A stretch of DNA of 60,961 nucleotides, filler included. It is 6 parts of 6 records of this genome, joined end to end, with 100 filler letters (N's around TTAATTAATTAA, not from the genome) between each part and the next. Parts side by side here need not be neighbours in the genome. Positions count along the whole stretch, not along the records: positions 31,945 to 50,388 come from SRR31147125_32502; 5 more parts are not named here. One strand, written 5' to 3'. This document shows, one piece after another, positions 31,945 to 43,302 of this stretch; position 1 is the stretch's first letter; each line of letters starts with the position of its first letter. Position numbers and translations under genes: made by a program. The notes under the pieces are model-generated. The model had not been told where the DNA came from. It saw only the letters and a program-made list of their open reading frames with translations, and ran no database searches.

Positions 31945-34220
31945 GGCACTGGTTGCCGCGTTATGCTCCGCGTATATGTTTCTCAATTACTCGGCTATTG
32001 CACAGCGGCCCGGTGATCCGACCAGTTATGATCTGATTATTGCGGTGATCGGGTTGATTCTGCTGCTCGAGGCTACCCGGAGGGCGCTTGGACCGCCGCT
32101 GATGGTCGTCGCTGCGGTTTTCCTGGTCTACACGTTCTTCGGGCAGCACATGCCCGAGGTGATCGCCCATAAAGGAGCGAGCCTTACCAAAGGGATGACC
32201 CATTACTGGCTGACCACCGAAGGTGTCTTCGGAGTTGCCCTGGGGGTGTCGACCGGCATGGTCTTCATGTTCGTGCTCTTCGGCTCGCTGCTTGAGTCAG
32301 CGGGTGCCGGCAACTATTTTATCCGGACTGCATTTGCCGGACTCGGTCACATGCGGGGCGGACCGGCGAAGGCCGCGGTCGTCTCCTCTGCAATGACGGG
32401 GCTGGTGTCGGGTTCTTCGATCGCTAATGTTGTCACTACCGGTACCTTTACGATTCCCCTGATGAAAAAGGTCGGTTTTACCCCTGAGAAGGCGGGAGCC
32501 GTCGAGGTCGCGTCGTCTACTAACGGACAGCTTACACCGCCGGTTATGGGGGCGGCGGCGTTTCTGATGGTGGAGTATGTCGGCATTTCCTACATCGAGG
32601 TCATCAAACATGCGTTTCTGCCGGCGATTATTTCCTATATCGCGCTGGTGTATATCGTTCATCTCGAGGCCTGCAAGCTCGGGCTCGAGGGGCTGGCCAG
32701 GCGCAAGACCAAGACGCTTGCCCAGAGCCTGCTCGCCTTAGTGGGTACGCTGCTGATGCTCATTGTCATCGGGGCGGCCACGTACTACGGACTTGGCTGG
32801 ATAAAGGTCGTTGGCGGTGGAGCGACCATTTACATTGTCTGTGTGCTGCTTTTCGTCGCGTATCTCGCTCTGCTCTATATTGCCTGTCGGGTGCCGGAAC
32901 TGGAAATGACGACGGAGATCACCGAACTGCCGCCGCTTGGCGAGACCGCGCAGGCCGGTTACTATTTCCTGCTCCCGATCGTCGTGCTAATGTGGTGTCT
33001 GACGGTGGAGCGGCTGTCGCCTTCGCTCTCCGCGTTCTACGCTACCGTGCTGATGATGTTTATCGTGATTACGCAGCGACCGCTCAAGGGCATCATGCGC
33101 AAGGCGAGCGGCAATTATTTCAGTTTTACGCAAGGCTGGCAGGACCTGATCAACGGCATGGTCTCGGGCGCTAAGAACATGATCGGAATCGGTGTCGCCA
33201 CCGCCGCCGCGGGTATCGTTGTCGGTACCGTGACGCTGACCGGCATCGGTCTGGTGATGACCGAGTTCGTCGAATTTATTTCGGGCGGTAATCTCGTGCT
33301 GATCCTGCTCTTCACCGCCGGCATCAGCCTGCTGCTCGGCATGGGCCTGCCCACTACGGCCAACTATATCGTCGTGTCGACCCTGATGGCCCCGGTTATC
33401 GTCAGCCTTGGTGCCCAGAACGGGCTGATCGTGCCGCTCATCGCTGTGCACCTGTTCGTGTTCTACTTCGGTATCCTGGCCGACGACACCCCGCCGGTGG
33501 GGCTGGCCGCGTTCGCGGCGGCGGGTATATCGGGGGGCGATCCGATCCGCACCGGTATTCAGGGCTTCACTTATGACATTCGTACCGCAATCCTGCCGTT
33601 TCTCTTCATCTTCAATACCGAACTCCTGATGATTGGTATCGGGTCGCCGATTCATTTCGTGATCGTGGTCAGTGCCGCGGTAATCGCGATGCTTGTGTTC
33701 GCTGCAGGTACCCAGGGGTATTGGATGACCAGAAATCGCTGGTGGGAGACCATCGGTATGCTGTTGGTCGCATTCACGTTATTCAGGCCGGGATTTTTCT
33801 GGGACCAGTTTTACCCGGAACTCCTTGAGCAGCCTGCCAACAATCTGCCTCAGATAGTCGAACAGATGGAGCCGGGCTCATCGCTGCGAATGGAGCTCAA
33901 AGGTGAAAAAATGGATGGCTCCGAATTCACGATGATGGTCATGCTCCCGGTGGGCGATGAAACGACCGGCGACGAGCGGCTGCAGGCGATCGGTATTGAA
34001 ACCCGCGACGAAGAGGAGGACCTATATCGACAACGTGGTGTTCGCCAGTTCTGCCGAAAAGGCCAGGATCGACTTCGACCAGGAGATCCTCAACATTCAG
34101 ACTCCGAACGAACGGCCACCGAAACAGCTGATGTTCATTCCAGCGCTTTTACTGTTGGGATTGATCTGGTATATGCAGAAAGGCCGGATAAAAAAGGCGG
34201 GCGCAGTGGCTGCCGCATAA
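31945..34220 (+). CDS. TRAP transporter fused 4TM/12TM permease (TAXI-type) with C-terminal DUF3394; 5' end missing, indel near 34015
   Basis: RGGPAKAAV, GQLTPPVMGAAAF, GMGLPTTANY and ADDTPPVGLAAF motifs. The C-terminus continues in the 33957-34220 frame (ERPPKQLMFIPALLLL). Confidence 0.88.
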
Positions 34221-34270
34221 GCACGTTCCTGGTGAAATGGTGTGTGGGCGCATAGCCCGGAGGAGACACA

Positions 34271-34771
34271 ATGATTAAAAAGATTATGGTCCCGCTGGCA
34301 TTTTCAAAATACTCGGTGGGGATTCTCAATTACGCCGCCGATATCGCTGAACTGATGGGAGCTCATTTGTACCTGGTAAACGTGATCAGCGACCGGGATC
34401 TGGACGCGGTCAACAAGATTACCTCGTTTGGCTATAAGGTGGACAGCGAACACTACCTGGAGACCATCAAGGAGGAGCGTGGCCGGGAACTCACTGAGAT
34501 GTCGGAGCATCTGACCCTGCCTGACGATCAGGTGTCCTATACGTTTTTGATCGGCGACCCGACCAGCGAGATGCTGCGCTTTGTGGTCGAAAATGATATC
34601 GACGCAGTGGTGATGGGAGTCAAGGCTCGCGATATCAAGCATGTCTTTACCGGCTCTGTTGCGGAACGGATGTTTCGCAAATGCCCCGTTCCGATCATCT
34701 CCTACCGCGGTGACGATATCGCAACGCGGCTCCGCAAGCGGGTTTACAAGCATATCATCGACCATCACTGA
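34271..34771 (+). CDS. Universal stress protein
   Basis: KKIMVP...GDPTSE...VVMG...GSVAERMFRKCPVPI. Confidence 0.88.
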   Translation: MIKKIMVPLAFSKYSVGILNYAADIAELMGAHLYLVNVISDRDLDAVNKITSFGYKVDSEHYLETIKEERGRELTEMSEHLTLPDDQVSYTFLIGDPTSEMLRFVVENDIDAVVMGVKARDIKHVFTGSVAERMFRKCPVPIISYRGDDIATRLRKRVYKHIIDHH

Positions 34772-34796
34772 TTGGAAGAAGAGTGCAATTGATGTG

Positions 34797-34830
34797 AAGG
34801 AGAGGTGGGCTGCGCCTCTCCTTTTTCTTT
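34797..34830 (+). terminator. Intrinsic terminator after the USP gene
   Basis: AAGGAGAGG...CCTCTCCTT hairpin followed by a T-rich tract. Confidence 0.7.
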
Positions 34831-34896
34831 TCTACCGGGACGCGGGGGCGCAACGTTGTGCGCTTGCAGATTTCCGAACTATGGAGTTACCAGCAC

Positions 34897-37567
34897 ATGG
34901 CACCAGATATCTACCTGATTGACGGCAGCGCGTTTATCTACCGCGCCTTTCACGCCGTTGCACCGCTGACCAATGCCGAAGGTATGCAGACCAACGCGGT
35001 GTTCGGTTTCGTCAATATGGTGAACAAACTGATCAGGGAACGGCAGCCGTCGCATATCGCGGTCGCCTTCGACAGCCGGGGCAAGGTCTTCAGGCACCAG
35101 ATGTATCCCGAGTACAAGGCCAATCGGCCGCCAATGCCCGATGAGCTTGCCGCGCAGATTCCCTATATAAAAGATGTGGTGAAGGCTCTGGGACTGGTCA
35201 GCTTCGAGGAACCCGGAATCGAGGCCGACGACATTATCGGTACCGCCGCAGAGGCGCTGCACAGGAAGGGCACGCGAGTTGTCATCGTGTCCGGCGACAA
35301 GGATCTCCTGCAACTGGTAGGCGAGAACATTACGATGTGGGACCCGATGAATGATCGGGTCATGGATTCCGAGGCGGTGCGGGCCAAGTACCAGGTCGGC
35401 CCCGATCAATTGCTCGATTGTTTCGCGTTGATCGGCGATTCGTCCGACAATGTACCCGGAGTTCCCGGTGTTGGTCCCAAGACCGCGGCAAAGCTGATCC
35501 TCGAACATGGAACACTGGAAAAGCTTTACGACCAGGTTGAGTCTCTGAAGAAATCGAAGATGAAGGAGCGGTTGATCGAGAACCGGGATGTGGCCTTTTT
35601 ATCGCGAGATCTGATCAGGCTGAAGACCGATGTGGAGATGGTCACGGATCCGGACCACTTCAGGCTCGGCGACGGCGATTCGAAGGGGCTTGCACGGATC
35701 TATAAGGAACTCGGTTTTTCGACATTGCTCAAGGAACTTGACACTCCTGTGTCGCGAGCACCCTCCGAGTCGTTTCACCTGATCGATACAGTAGAGGATC
35801 TCGAAGCGCTGGTTCCGCAGCTGCTGGATGCCGAGATTCTGGCTGTGGATACGGAAACGACGTCGCTGGACAGCCGGCATGCGGAGCTGGTCGGCATATC
35901 ACTTTCCGTCTCCCCTGAGAGCTGCTGGTACGTTCCGGCGGGCCACCGTACCGAGGACGGCAGTCTCGCCGACGGACAGGTTTCCGTGGATCGGCTCACC
36001 GAGGTCCTGCGGCCCGTGCTGGCCAGTCCGGATCTGCCGAAACTGGGGCACAACCTGAAATACGACTACGCGGTTTTGAAGCACGGAGTCGGGATCGAAT
36101 TGAGCGGCCCGCTGGTGGATACGATGATCGCAGCCTATCTTGCGGAACCGTCGAGGCGCTCGTTCAAACTCGATGATCTCTGCCTTGAGCAGGGACTCAA
36201 ACTGACGCCTTTCAAGATGGTGACTGGGGGAGACAAACGTGCTGATGCGTTTGCCTATGTTTCGATCGATAACGCATGCGCCTACTCCTGTGAGGATGTG
36301 TACGGAACCATCCTGCTGTGGCAGCACTATCGACCACTGCTGGAGGAGGGTGCGCTGGAGTCGTTGTTCAACGATGTAGAGATGCCTCTCGTCCCGATTC
36401 TCGAGGCGATGGAAGCGGACGGGATTAAGCTCGACCCGGATCATCTGGCTATGCTTGCGGAAGAGTATCGGGGAAAACTCGAAAAACGGGAAAAACAGAT
36501 CTACGATTTTGCCGGGCACGAGTTCAATATTAACTCCCTCAGCAACTTGGCACCGTACTCTTCGAGGAGATGGGGCTTCCCCACGGAAGGAAGACGAAGA
36601 CGGGATACTCAACCGATATCAAGGTACTCGAAAAGCTGGCACCGAAGCATGAAATGCCGGCGCTGATCATCGAGTACCGCAACCTGGCCAAGCTCCTTTC
36701 CACCTATGTAGACAAGCTTGCACTGCTGATCGACTCGGACAGCGGCCGGGTGCATACGTCATTCAACCAGACGGTCACCGCCACGGGACGGTTGTCGAGT
36801 TCAAATCCGAACCTGCAGAATATCCCGATCCGGGGAGAGGAAGGAGCTCGGATCAGGGAAGCATTCGTTCCGGAGGACGGGAAGATTTTCCTGTTCGGAG
36901 ACTATTCGCAGATCGATCTGCGGGTGCTTGCGCACTATTCGCAGGACCCGGCGCTGCTGAAGGCGTTCAGGGAGGGGAAGATATCCATACCCGTACCGCC
37001 GCTGAAGTCTTTTCGGTATCACCGCTGCTGGTGACATCAGAGATGCGCCGCGTCGCGAAGAGCATCAACTTCGGCATCGTGTACGGTATGAGCAGTTTCG
37101 GGTTGTCAAACCAGCTGCAGATCAGCCGGAGGGAGGCGTCTTTATTCATCGAGCGATACTTCGATCTGTATGTGGGCGTTCAGCGGTTCATGGAGGAGAT
37201 CGTCGAGCAGGCACGCCGGGACGGCTACGTGACGACCCTACTTAACCGCAGGAGATACCTGCCCGAAATCAATGCATCCAACAAGATGCGGCGAGAATTC
37301 GCCGAGCGGGCCGCGCTGAACACACCGATCCAGGGGACCGCTGCCGACATCATCAAGCTGGCGATGCTGCGGGTGGACGAACTGCTGAAAAAAGAGAAGA
37401 GCTCATGCCGGATGCTGCTGCAGATCCACGATGAGCTGGTGTTCGAGTTGACACCCGACGAGAGCGAAGACCTGAAACCTCTCATTCGGCAGACCATGGA
37501 AGAGGCTATGGAGCTTGATGTGCCGCTGGTGGTGAACATGGAGACGGGCGCCAACCTGGCGAAGTAG
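34897..37567 (+). CDS. polA: DNA polymerase I, split by indels at about 36536-36538 and 36974-36977
   Basis: 5'-3' exonuclease (LIDGS, YKANR, EADD, GDKD, GDSSDN), 3'-5' exonuclease (DTET) and polymerase motifs TGRLSSSNPNLQN, DYSQIDLR, KSINFGIVYG, QIHDE. Confidence 0.95.
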
Positions 37568-37611
37568 CCGGGTTGACCGCCCGTTCCGGGACCGGAAAGA
37601 GCGAGAGCTGG

Positions 37612-38910
37612 TCAGGGGCGCTCTTCCATCGGCGCGAAAGGCCGTTCAACAATCCCCTGGTAGATCTGGCGTGGCCGGCCAATTCGGTTGTTATCCTTAT
37701 CCATGTGCATCTCCTCCCAGTGGGAAATCCAACCGGGAAGCCTGCCGAGTGCGAACATGACGGTGAACATATTGGTGGGTATCCCCATCGCGCGGTACAC
37801 GATGCCCGAATAAAAATCCACATTCGGGTAGAGATTTCTCGATACGAAATAGTCGTCTTTGCTGACCCGGTATTCGAGCTCCTGGGCAATATCCAGCAGC
37901 GGATCCTCGATGTTCCGTGTTTCGAGTATTTCATGCGTGACGTTCTTGATGATCTTCGCCCGCGGGTCATATGTTTTGTATACCCGATGTCCGAAGCCGG
38001 TCAACCGGTACGGGTTGTTCGGGTCCTTGGCCATATTGATGTATTTGTCGAAATCGCGGTTGTCGGCATAGATCCCTTCGAGCATCCTGATGACGGCGGC
38101 GTTGGCACCTCCGTGAAGCGGTCCCCACAATGCGCCGACACCGGCCGAGATCGACGGGTAGAGCTTGACCCCGGAGCTACCAACCAGCCGTACCGTCGAC
38201 GTCGAGCAGTTCTGCTCGTGGTCGGCGTGGAGAATCAGCAGCTTGTTCAGCGCATCGACCATCAGCGGATCGATGGTGTAGGGCATGTTGGGGCGGTCGA
38301 ACATCATATTCAGGAAATTGCTGCAGTAATTCAGGTCCGCGCGCGGATAGACGAGGGGGAGGCCGATACTCTTCTTGTAGGAGAAGGCGGCGATCGTCCT
38401 GATCTTGGACAGCAGGCGGGCGGTCGCGGTGGTAATTCCCCCGTACGGGTCCTCATCGAGATCCATTTCCGGGTAGAAATCGTGCAGCGAGCCGACCATG
38501 GTCGAGAGAATCGACATCGGCGCTGCGTTGGGCGGGAAATGATCGAAAAAGTGGATCATGTCCTCGTGGATCAGCGCGTAGTGGATCATGTCGTAGCGGA
38601 ACTGGTCGAGTTCTTTCTGGTTGGGGAGTTCGCCGTTCAGCAGCAGGTAGGCGACCTCGATGAACGTGCAGTTTCCGGCAAGATCCTCGATGTTGTAGCC
38701 ACGGTAGCGAAGTACCCCGTTCTTTCCGTCCAGGTAGGTGATGCCCGATTCGCACGAGCCGGTGTTCATGTAGCCGCTGTCGAGCGTGATATAGCCGGTC
38801 TGCTTGAGCAGGCTGCGGATGTCGATGGCCTTCTCGCCGGTCGTGCTTTCGACGATTGGCAACTCGTAGGTATTTCCGTCTACTACCAGTTGTGCTTTTT
38901 TCGTGGTCAT
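37612..38910 (-). CDS. gltA: Citrate synthase (type I/II)
   Basis: LHADHEQNCST, GPLHGGAN, GFGHRVYK and YPNVDFYSG motifs. Confidence 0.96.
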   Translation of the reverse strand: MTTKKAQLVVDGNTYELPIVESTTGEKAIDIRSLLKQTGYITLDSGYMNTGSCESGITYLDGKNGVLRYRGYNIEDLAGNCTFIEVAYLLLNGELPNQKELDQFRYDMIHYALIHEDMIHFFDHFPPNAAPMSILSTMVGSLHDFYPEMDLDEDPYGGITTATARLLSKIRTIAAFSYKKSIGLPLVYPRADLNYCSNFLNMMFDRPNMPYTIDPLMVDALNKLLILHADHEQNCSTSTVRLVGSSGVKLYPSISAGVGALWGPLHGGANAAVIRMLEGIYADNRDFDKYINMAKDPNNPYRLTGFGHRVYKTYDPRAKIIKNVTHEILETRNIEDPLLDIAQELEYRVSKDDYFVSRNLYPNVDFYSGIVYRAMGIPTNMFTVMFALGRLPGWISHWEEMHMDKDNNRIGRPRQIYQGIVERPFAPMEERP

Positions 38911-39330
38911 AATTCCTCTCTTGATGAGTTATTCTGTCTGCCTGCTCCGATTGTGCGGATTCCTGGTACGTGTGTGGTTGCGATAGCCGGTTCATGATAG
39001 CCGCGGCGGGTTCATCTCCAGACGCTGAACGCTGATGAGCCGTGGTTCTGGGTTGATGTTACAGACAGGTAGTAACGCAGCCGGATGGCTGGAGCAGGAA
39101 ACTGCCGGATTAACGCAAACAATATCACTATAACCGAAAACTGGAGTTTCGGCAAATTCTGTTTTGGAACGTCCCAATCTCCCGAAGGTATCTCTGTTCA
39201 CCGGTTGTACTCCATGATCCTGTTTGCCCGGCAGTCCATTCGTACTTACAGGTGTGGTTGAGTTGATGAAGGCCGGCTTGCGGGTGAGCATGCAGCTGGT
39301 GGAATTGGTACCCCGAACGAGAGAGAGACT

Positions 39331-40014
39331 ATGAGTGGGCTCAGGGAAGAACTGGACAGCCTCGATGTGACGCTACTCATCGAATATGGCGTTGCCGAAG
39401 CAGACAGGGAGAAGGCCCTCGGTGTGTACGAGCGATTCAAGAATAATCCAGTCGCCGTCAGGCTGCTGCACGACTATTATGCGGACCTGCCGGAGGCTCG
39501 TGAAGAGATGGCCGTCGATCTCAGGATTGTTGCCGAGAAACAGGGGAGTACGCTCGCTGTTTTGCAGACCCCGTCACATGCGTATCTGTACCTGGTAGCT
39601 GACGATCAAGCGCTGTTTGTCGAGGAGTTCGACAAGGGGGTGACAGACCAGACGCTGCTCCACCATTTCGATTTTAACAGTGTCGAAGATTTCCGCACGA
39701 AGATCGGGAGTGATCCGGAAGAGCTTCCGCCGCTGTCCGGTGAGGATTCAGCCAACCTGGAGATGTGCGTGTCCTGTGGGGTGAAACCCGGGGAGTATCA
39801 TATACTGGGCTGCCCGGTCGAGCAATGCCCCTGGTGTGAAGCCCAACTTAATCAGTGCAACTGCAGGTTCGATCAACTCGGTGTCGGCAGCATCGATGAT
39901 GATGAACAGCTTGATCGTTTCGAAGATCTCCTTGAAGCCAAGGGAAGAATCCCCTTCAAGGCTGAAGACAATCCATCCTATCCCACCGCGGGGGATGACC
40001 CGCCGCCGTTCTGA
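39331..40014 (+). CDS. Hypothetical protein with a C-terminal Cys/His metal-binding cluster
   Basis: CVSC...H..GC..EQCPWC...CNC; codon use matches neighbouring genes. Confidence 0.75.
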   Translation: MSGLREELDSLDVTLLIEYGVAEADREKALGVYERFKNNPVAVRLLHDYYADLPEAREEMAVDLRIVAEKQGSTLAVLQTPSHAYLYLVADDQALFVEEFDKGVTDQTLLHHFDFNSVEDFRTKIGSDPEELPPLSGEDSANLEMCVSCGVKPGEYHILGCPVEQCPWCEAQLNQCNCRFDQLGVGSIDDDEQLDRFEDLLEAKGRIPFKAEDNPSYPTAGDDPPPF

Positions 40015-40025
40015 GAGGGGGAACT

Positions 40026-40058
40026 GCCCCATCCGGAAATCTTCCGGACGGGGCTTTT
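40026..40058. terminator. Hairpin between convergent genes
   Basis: GCCCCATCCGGAA-ATC-TTCCGGACGGGGC followed by TTTT. Confidence 0.55.
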
Positions 40059-40077
40059 GACGTGTTCTCTTCTGGCC

Positions 40078-41010
40078 CTACCGCGGAGCCAGAGATTTAA
40101 GGTATTTGTAGATGTCGGAATCGGAGGACAATACCATGGAGGTATTGTCACCGACGATGACTCCATAGCTTTCCAGGGTCTTCATGAACGCATAGAATTC
40201 GGGGTCCTGGCTGTATGCAGCGCCATAGATTTGGGTTGCTTCAGCGTCGGCTTTACCCTTGATCTGTACGGCATCCTTGTTGGCGGACGACGTGATTTCC
40301 CTGAGCTGACGATCGACGGTACCCAGGATTCGCGCCTTCTGCCCTTCACCCATTGATCGCTTCTCGGCGGCGATACGCTTCCGTTCCGAGATCATTCGGT
40401 CATATACCTTCAGCCGAACGGATTCGATGTAGTTGACGCGTTTGAACATGACGTCGAGCAGTTCGATACCGTACTGGGGAGTCGCCTTGGACGCGATGTC
40501 GAGAATCTGGTCTGCGATGACATCTCTGCCCCGTATCGGTTTCGTACCCGGTTCCTGGTTCGACGGCGTCATCGTGTCGAGCGACCAGTCGGAGCTGCGG
40601 ATGATTTCGATCAGGTTGTTCTTGTTGACCATATCGCGAACGGTACCGCCGATGATGTCATCGAGCAGCGACTGGGCGCGTGCCTCGGTCCTGACTGCCT
40701 GCATGTACTTCAATGCGTCGGTGATTCTCCAGCGGGCTGTGATGTCAAGGAATACAAAGGTCTTGTCATTGGTGGGAATCTGGTTCGGATCTCCATTCCA
40801 GATAAAAATCCGTTTGTCAAAATTATTTACCTGCTGCAGAAACGGAACCTTGAAATAGAGTCCGGCGTCCGTTTTAGGCTCACCGATCGGCTTACCGAAC
40901 TGGGTGATCATGATCTGCTTGCCTTCCTCGACGATGTAGAACCCGTCGTAGATGACGACTATCCCCAACAGGACCAGGCCGATCAGGAGAAAATTCACTA
41001 TTTGTTTCAT
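40078..41010 (-). CDS. hflC: FtsH protease modulator HflC
   Basis: SPFH domain with ITQFGKP, RMISERKRIA and DPEFYAFMKTLESY. Confidence 0.92.
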   Translation of the reverse strand: MKQIVNFLLIGLVLLGIVVIYDGFYIVEEGKQIMITQFGKPIGEPKTDAGLYFKVPFLQQVNNFDKRIFIWNGDPNQIPTNDKTFVFLDITARWRITDALKYMQAVRTEARAQSLLDDIIGGTVRDMVNKNNLIEIIRSSDWSLDTMTPSNQEPGTKPIRGRDVIADQILDIASKATPQYGIELLDVMFKRVNYIESVRLKVYDRMISERKRIAAEKRSMGEGQKARILGTVDRQLREITSSANKDAVQIKGKADAEATQIYGAAYSQDPEFYAFMKTLESYGVIVGDNTSMVLSSDSDIYKYLKSLAPR

Positions 41011-41023
41011 TATCTGTTCCTCC

Positions 41024-42142
41024 TTACTGCGCCTGCGCGGCCGGTTGACTGTTTGTGCGAAGGTTGAGCAGTGGCAGCGGCCCCTGCTGTCCTTCATCCA
41101 TTACATAGATCGACTCGACCTGCGGCATCACCTTCAGCATTGTTTCAAGATACATGCGCTGCCTGGTGACGTCCGGGGAACCTTTGTATTCTGTTAAAAT
41201 ATCGAGGAACCGGGCCGTTTCACCTTCTGCATTGTTGATACGCTCTTTCGCGTAACCCTGTGCCTCCTCGACGATCTTCAGCGCGTTACCGCGGGCGGCG
41301 GGGATGACCCGGTTGTAGGTCTCTTCCGCCTCGTTGACCAGTCGTTTCATATCCTGATCCGCTTCGTTTACCTCGTTGAAGGCAGGTTTTACCTGATCGG
41401 GCGGATTGATATCCTGGAACTGGACGGTGACGAGATCGACACCGGCTTCGAGGAAATTGAGCTGTTCCTGCAGTTCCTGTTTGACTGAAGCGGCAAGAAT
41501 CTCACGGTTACTGAGTACGTAGTCGAAGTCCATATTACCGACAATTCGCCTGGTCACCGCTTCGGAGAGGTCGTGTACCGCCTGTTTGACATCCTGTACC
41601 TTGTACAGGTAGGCAATCGGATCACCCACCCGATACTGGACGATCCACGCGACATTGATGACGTTTTTGTCGGCGGTGAGCATCAGCGACTCCATGTCGT
41701 AGCCGCGGCTGTCAAAAGACGATTTCTGGCCGGGGTAGCGGGTTCGGAATCCGAATTCTTGTTTCTGGATCTGCCGTACGTTGACTTTGGCGAGATCTTC
41801 GATGTAGGGGACCTTCAGGTGCAGACCCGGCTGGGCGGTCCGGTTATACTTACCGAAGCGCAGAACAACGCCCACCTCGTTGGGAGCAACCTTGAAGAAG
41901 GACTGATAGACACCCTGAAACACGATAACCACCAGCGCCAGCAGGAGAATTTTCGTGATGATGGATGAGGGCGCCGGCGGTGTGCGCCGGGGCGGTTCGT
42001 TTTCCCCGGTTTCGGGGCGCTTCGCCTTGTTGTTGTCGGAAAAGTAATCTTGAAGTTTCTTGATTAACTGAGCGACAATCTCCTCCGGCGACTGCGGGCG
42101 GTTTTTCCGCCCCCATGGAGGTTGTTGATCGTGGTCGGACAT
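41024..42142 (-). CDS. hflK: FtsH protease modulator HflK
   Basis: N-terminal PPWG; VVLRFGK, MLTADKN and PDVTRQRMYLETM motifs. Confidence 0.92.
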   Translation of the reverse strand: MSDHDQQPPWGRKNRPQSPEEIVAQLIKKLQDYFSDNNKAKRPETGENEPPRRTPPAPSSIITKILLLALVVIVFQGVYQSFFKVAPNEVGVVLRFGKYNRTAQPGLHLKVPYIEDLAKVNVRQIQKQEFGFRTRYPGQKSSFDSRGYDMESLMLTADKNVINVAWIVQYRVGDPIAYLYKVQDVKQAVHDLSEAVTRRIVGNMDFDYVLSNREILAASVKQELQEQLNFLEAGVDLVTVQFQDINPPDQVKPAFNEVNEADQDMKRLVNEAEETYNRVIPAARGNALKIVEEAQGYAKERINNAEGETARFLDILTEYKGSPDVTRQRMYLETMLKVMPQVESIYVMDEGQQGPLPLLNLRTNSQPAAQAQ

Positions 42143-42413
42143 GAATGGCTCCAGTCGGTTTAAGCTTATTAACTAAAAAGCAGACTGCCACTTTTGGACG
42201 GCCTGCCATTCGCGATCAGAAAAACTCACTATAGAAGTAAGTACTGTTGATTACAAATCAAGCTCAAGAACATAAATCTGGTAGACTTGTCGAGCTCGGT
42301 TATCTCGTGAAATCCATGTTATATATCGAGGGCAAGATTCCAGCAGATCAGCAGCGTGAATATGAAGACGAGGAGGCTGCAGTTTTGTGAAAAGGTGGAT
42401 TTCCTCAGCTTTG

Positions 42414-43214
42414 TCAGCGGCAGGAGGCCCCCCCGATACCGAAGGTGAGGCCGGCAAGCAATCCGAACAGGTGAGCACCCAGGTCTGTTCGTACTCCGGA
42501 ACTGCCCAGCATTGCCAGCAGCGCAGCACCACCAAGGAACGGAACCAGCATCTCGATGCCGAAGCGTTTGTGGACGAGGATGCGATGCGCGGCCAGCAGG
42601 CCTATCATCGCGAATACAGCAGTGGAAAAGCCTACCGAAATATGGCCAGGACCGTGTATCTGCACATTCCAGTAGTTTCCGGTTGCCGCTACGCCGCTCA
42701 GAAGCAGCAGGCCGATACCCGCTCCGTTGATCTGCAGGAAATAGTGCATCAGGAATCCGCCGATAAGCACATTCCCGGCAAGATGAGAGGCGTCCGCATG
42801 CAGGCAGAGCCCGGTGAGCAGTCGGAAATACTGACCGTTTCGTAGAATTTCCGTACTGTCCACCGACCCGCGGCTGAACCATATCGAGTCCGCCTGGAAC
42901 GGGCCGGTTACCAGGTAAAAAGCTGCCATGAGGGCCATGAGCAGCAGCGCCGGCAACGGGGTGGACAGCGGTTCAACCGTGATGTCGACAGATGGGGGCG
43001 GCCAGTTCCTGTTTTCTTTCAGGTAGGCCTCGATCTGAAATGTTGCTTCCCGTGCCTGCTCGTGAGAAACCACGATCTCCGCCGAACCATCCGGTGACCG
43101 CTCGATCCGGTGCGCTATGTTGCGTGCGGAGAGAACCAGCGAACAGGTGTCAACGAGCATCATGTCGCTCGAGGAAAAGACAACGTGCTCCTCTCCGCTT
43201 GTATCAGTTTCCAT
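42414..43214 (-). CDS. Rhomboid-family intramembrane serine protease
   Basis: FRLLT..CLH..SHLAGN, GFSTAVF (GxS) and AHLFG motifs. Confidence 0.88.
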   Translation of the reverse strand: METDTSGEEHVVFSSSDMMLVDTCSLVLSARNIAHRIERSPDGSAEIVVSHEQAREATFQIEAYLKENRNWPPPSVDITVEPLSTPLPALLLMALMAAFYLVTGPFQADSIWFSRGSVDSTEILRNGQYFRLLTGLCLHADASHLAGNVLIGGFLMHYFLQINGAGIGLLLLSGVAATGNYWNVQIHGPGHISVGFSTAVFAMIGLLAAHRILVHKRFGIEMLVPFLGGAALLAMLGSSGVRTDLGAHLFGLLAGLTFGIGGASCR

Positions 43215-43235
43215 ATCACCTTTCCGGCTCGCAAT

Positions 43236-43268
43236 AAAAAAAGGCCGCCCGAACCCAGGCGGCCTTTT
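43236..43268 (-). terminator. Intrinsic terminator downstream of pckG
   Basis: AAAAGGCCGCC/GGCGGCCTTTT stem with a U-tract on the minus strand. Confidence 0.75.
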
Positions 43269-43302
43269 GCAGCGTCTTACAGCGGTTTGAACGTTGTTTC
43301 AA

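Noticed and set aside
34897-37567. Split or pseudogenised polA
   Set aside because: All catalytic motifs are intact and both breaks are single-base homopolymer deletions.
37573-38997. 474-aa plus-strand ORF and similar long antisense ORFs in the GC-rich contigs
   Set aside because: They are shadows of gltA and other real genes caused by GC3 codon bias, and carry no recognisable motifs.
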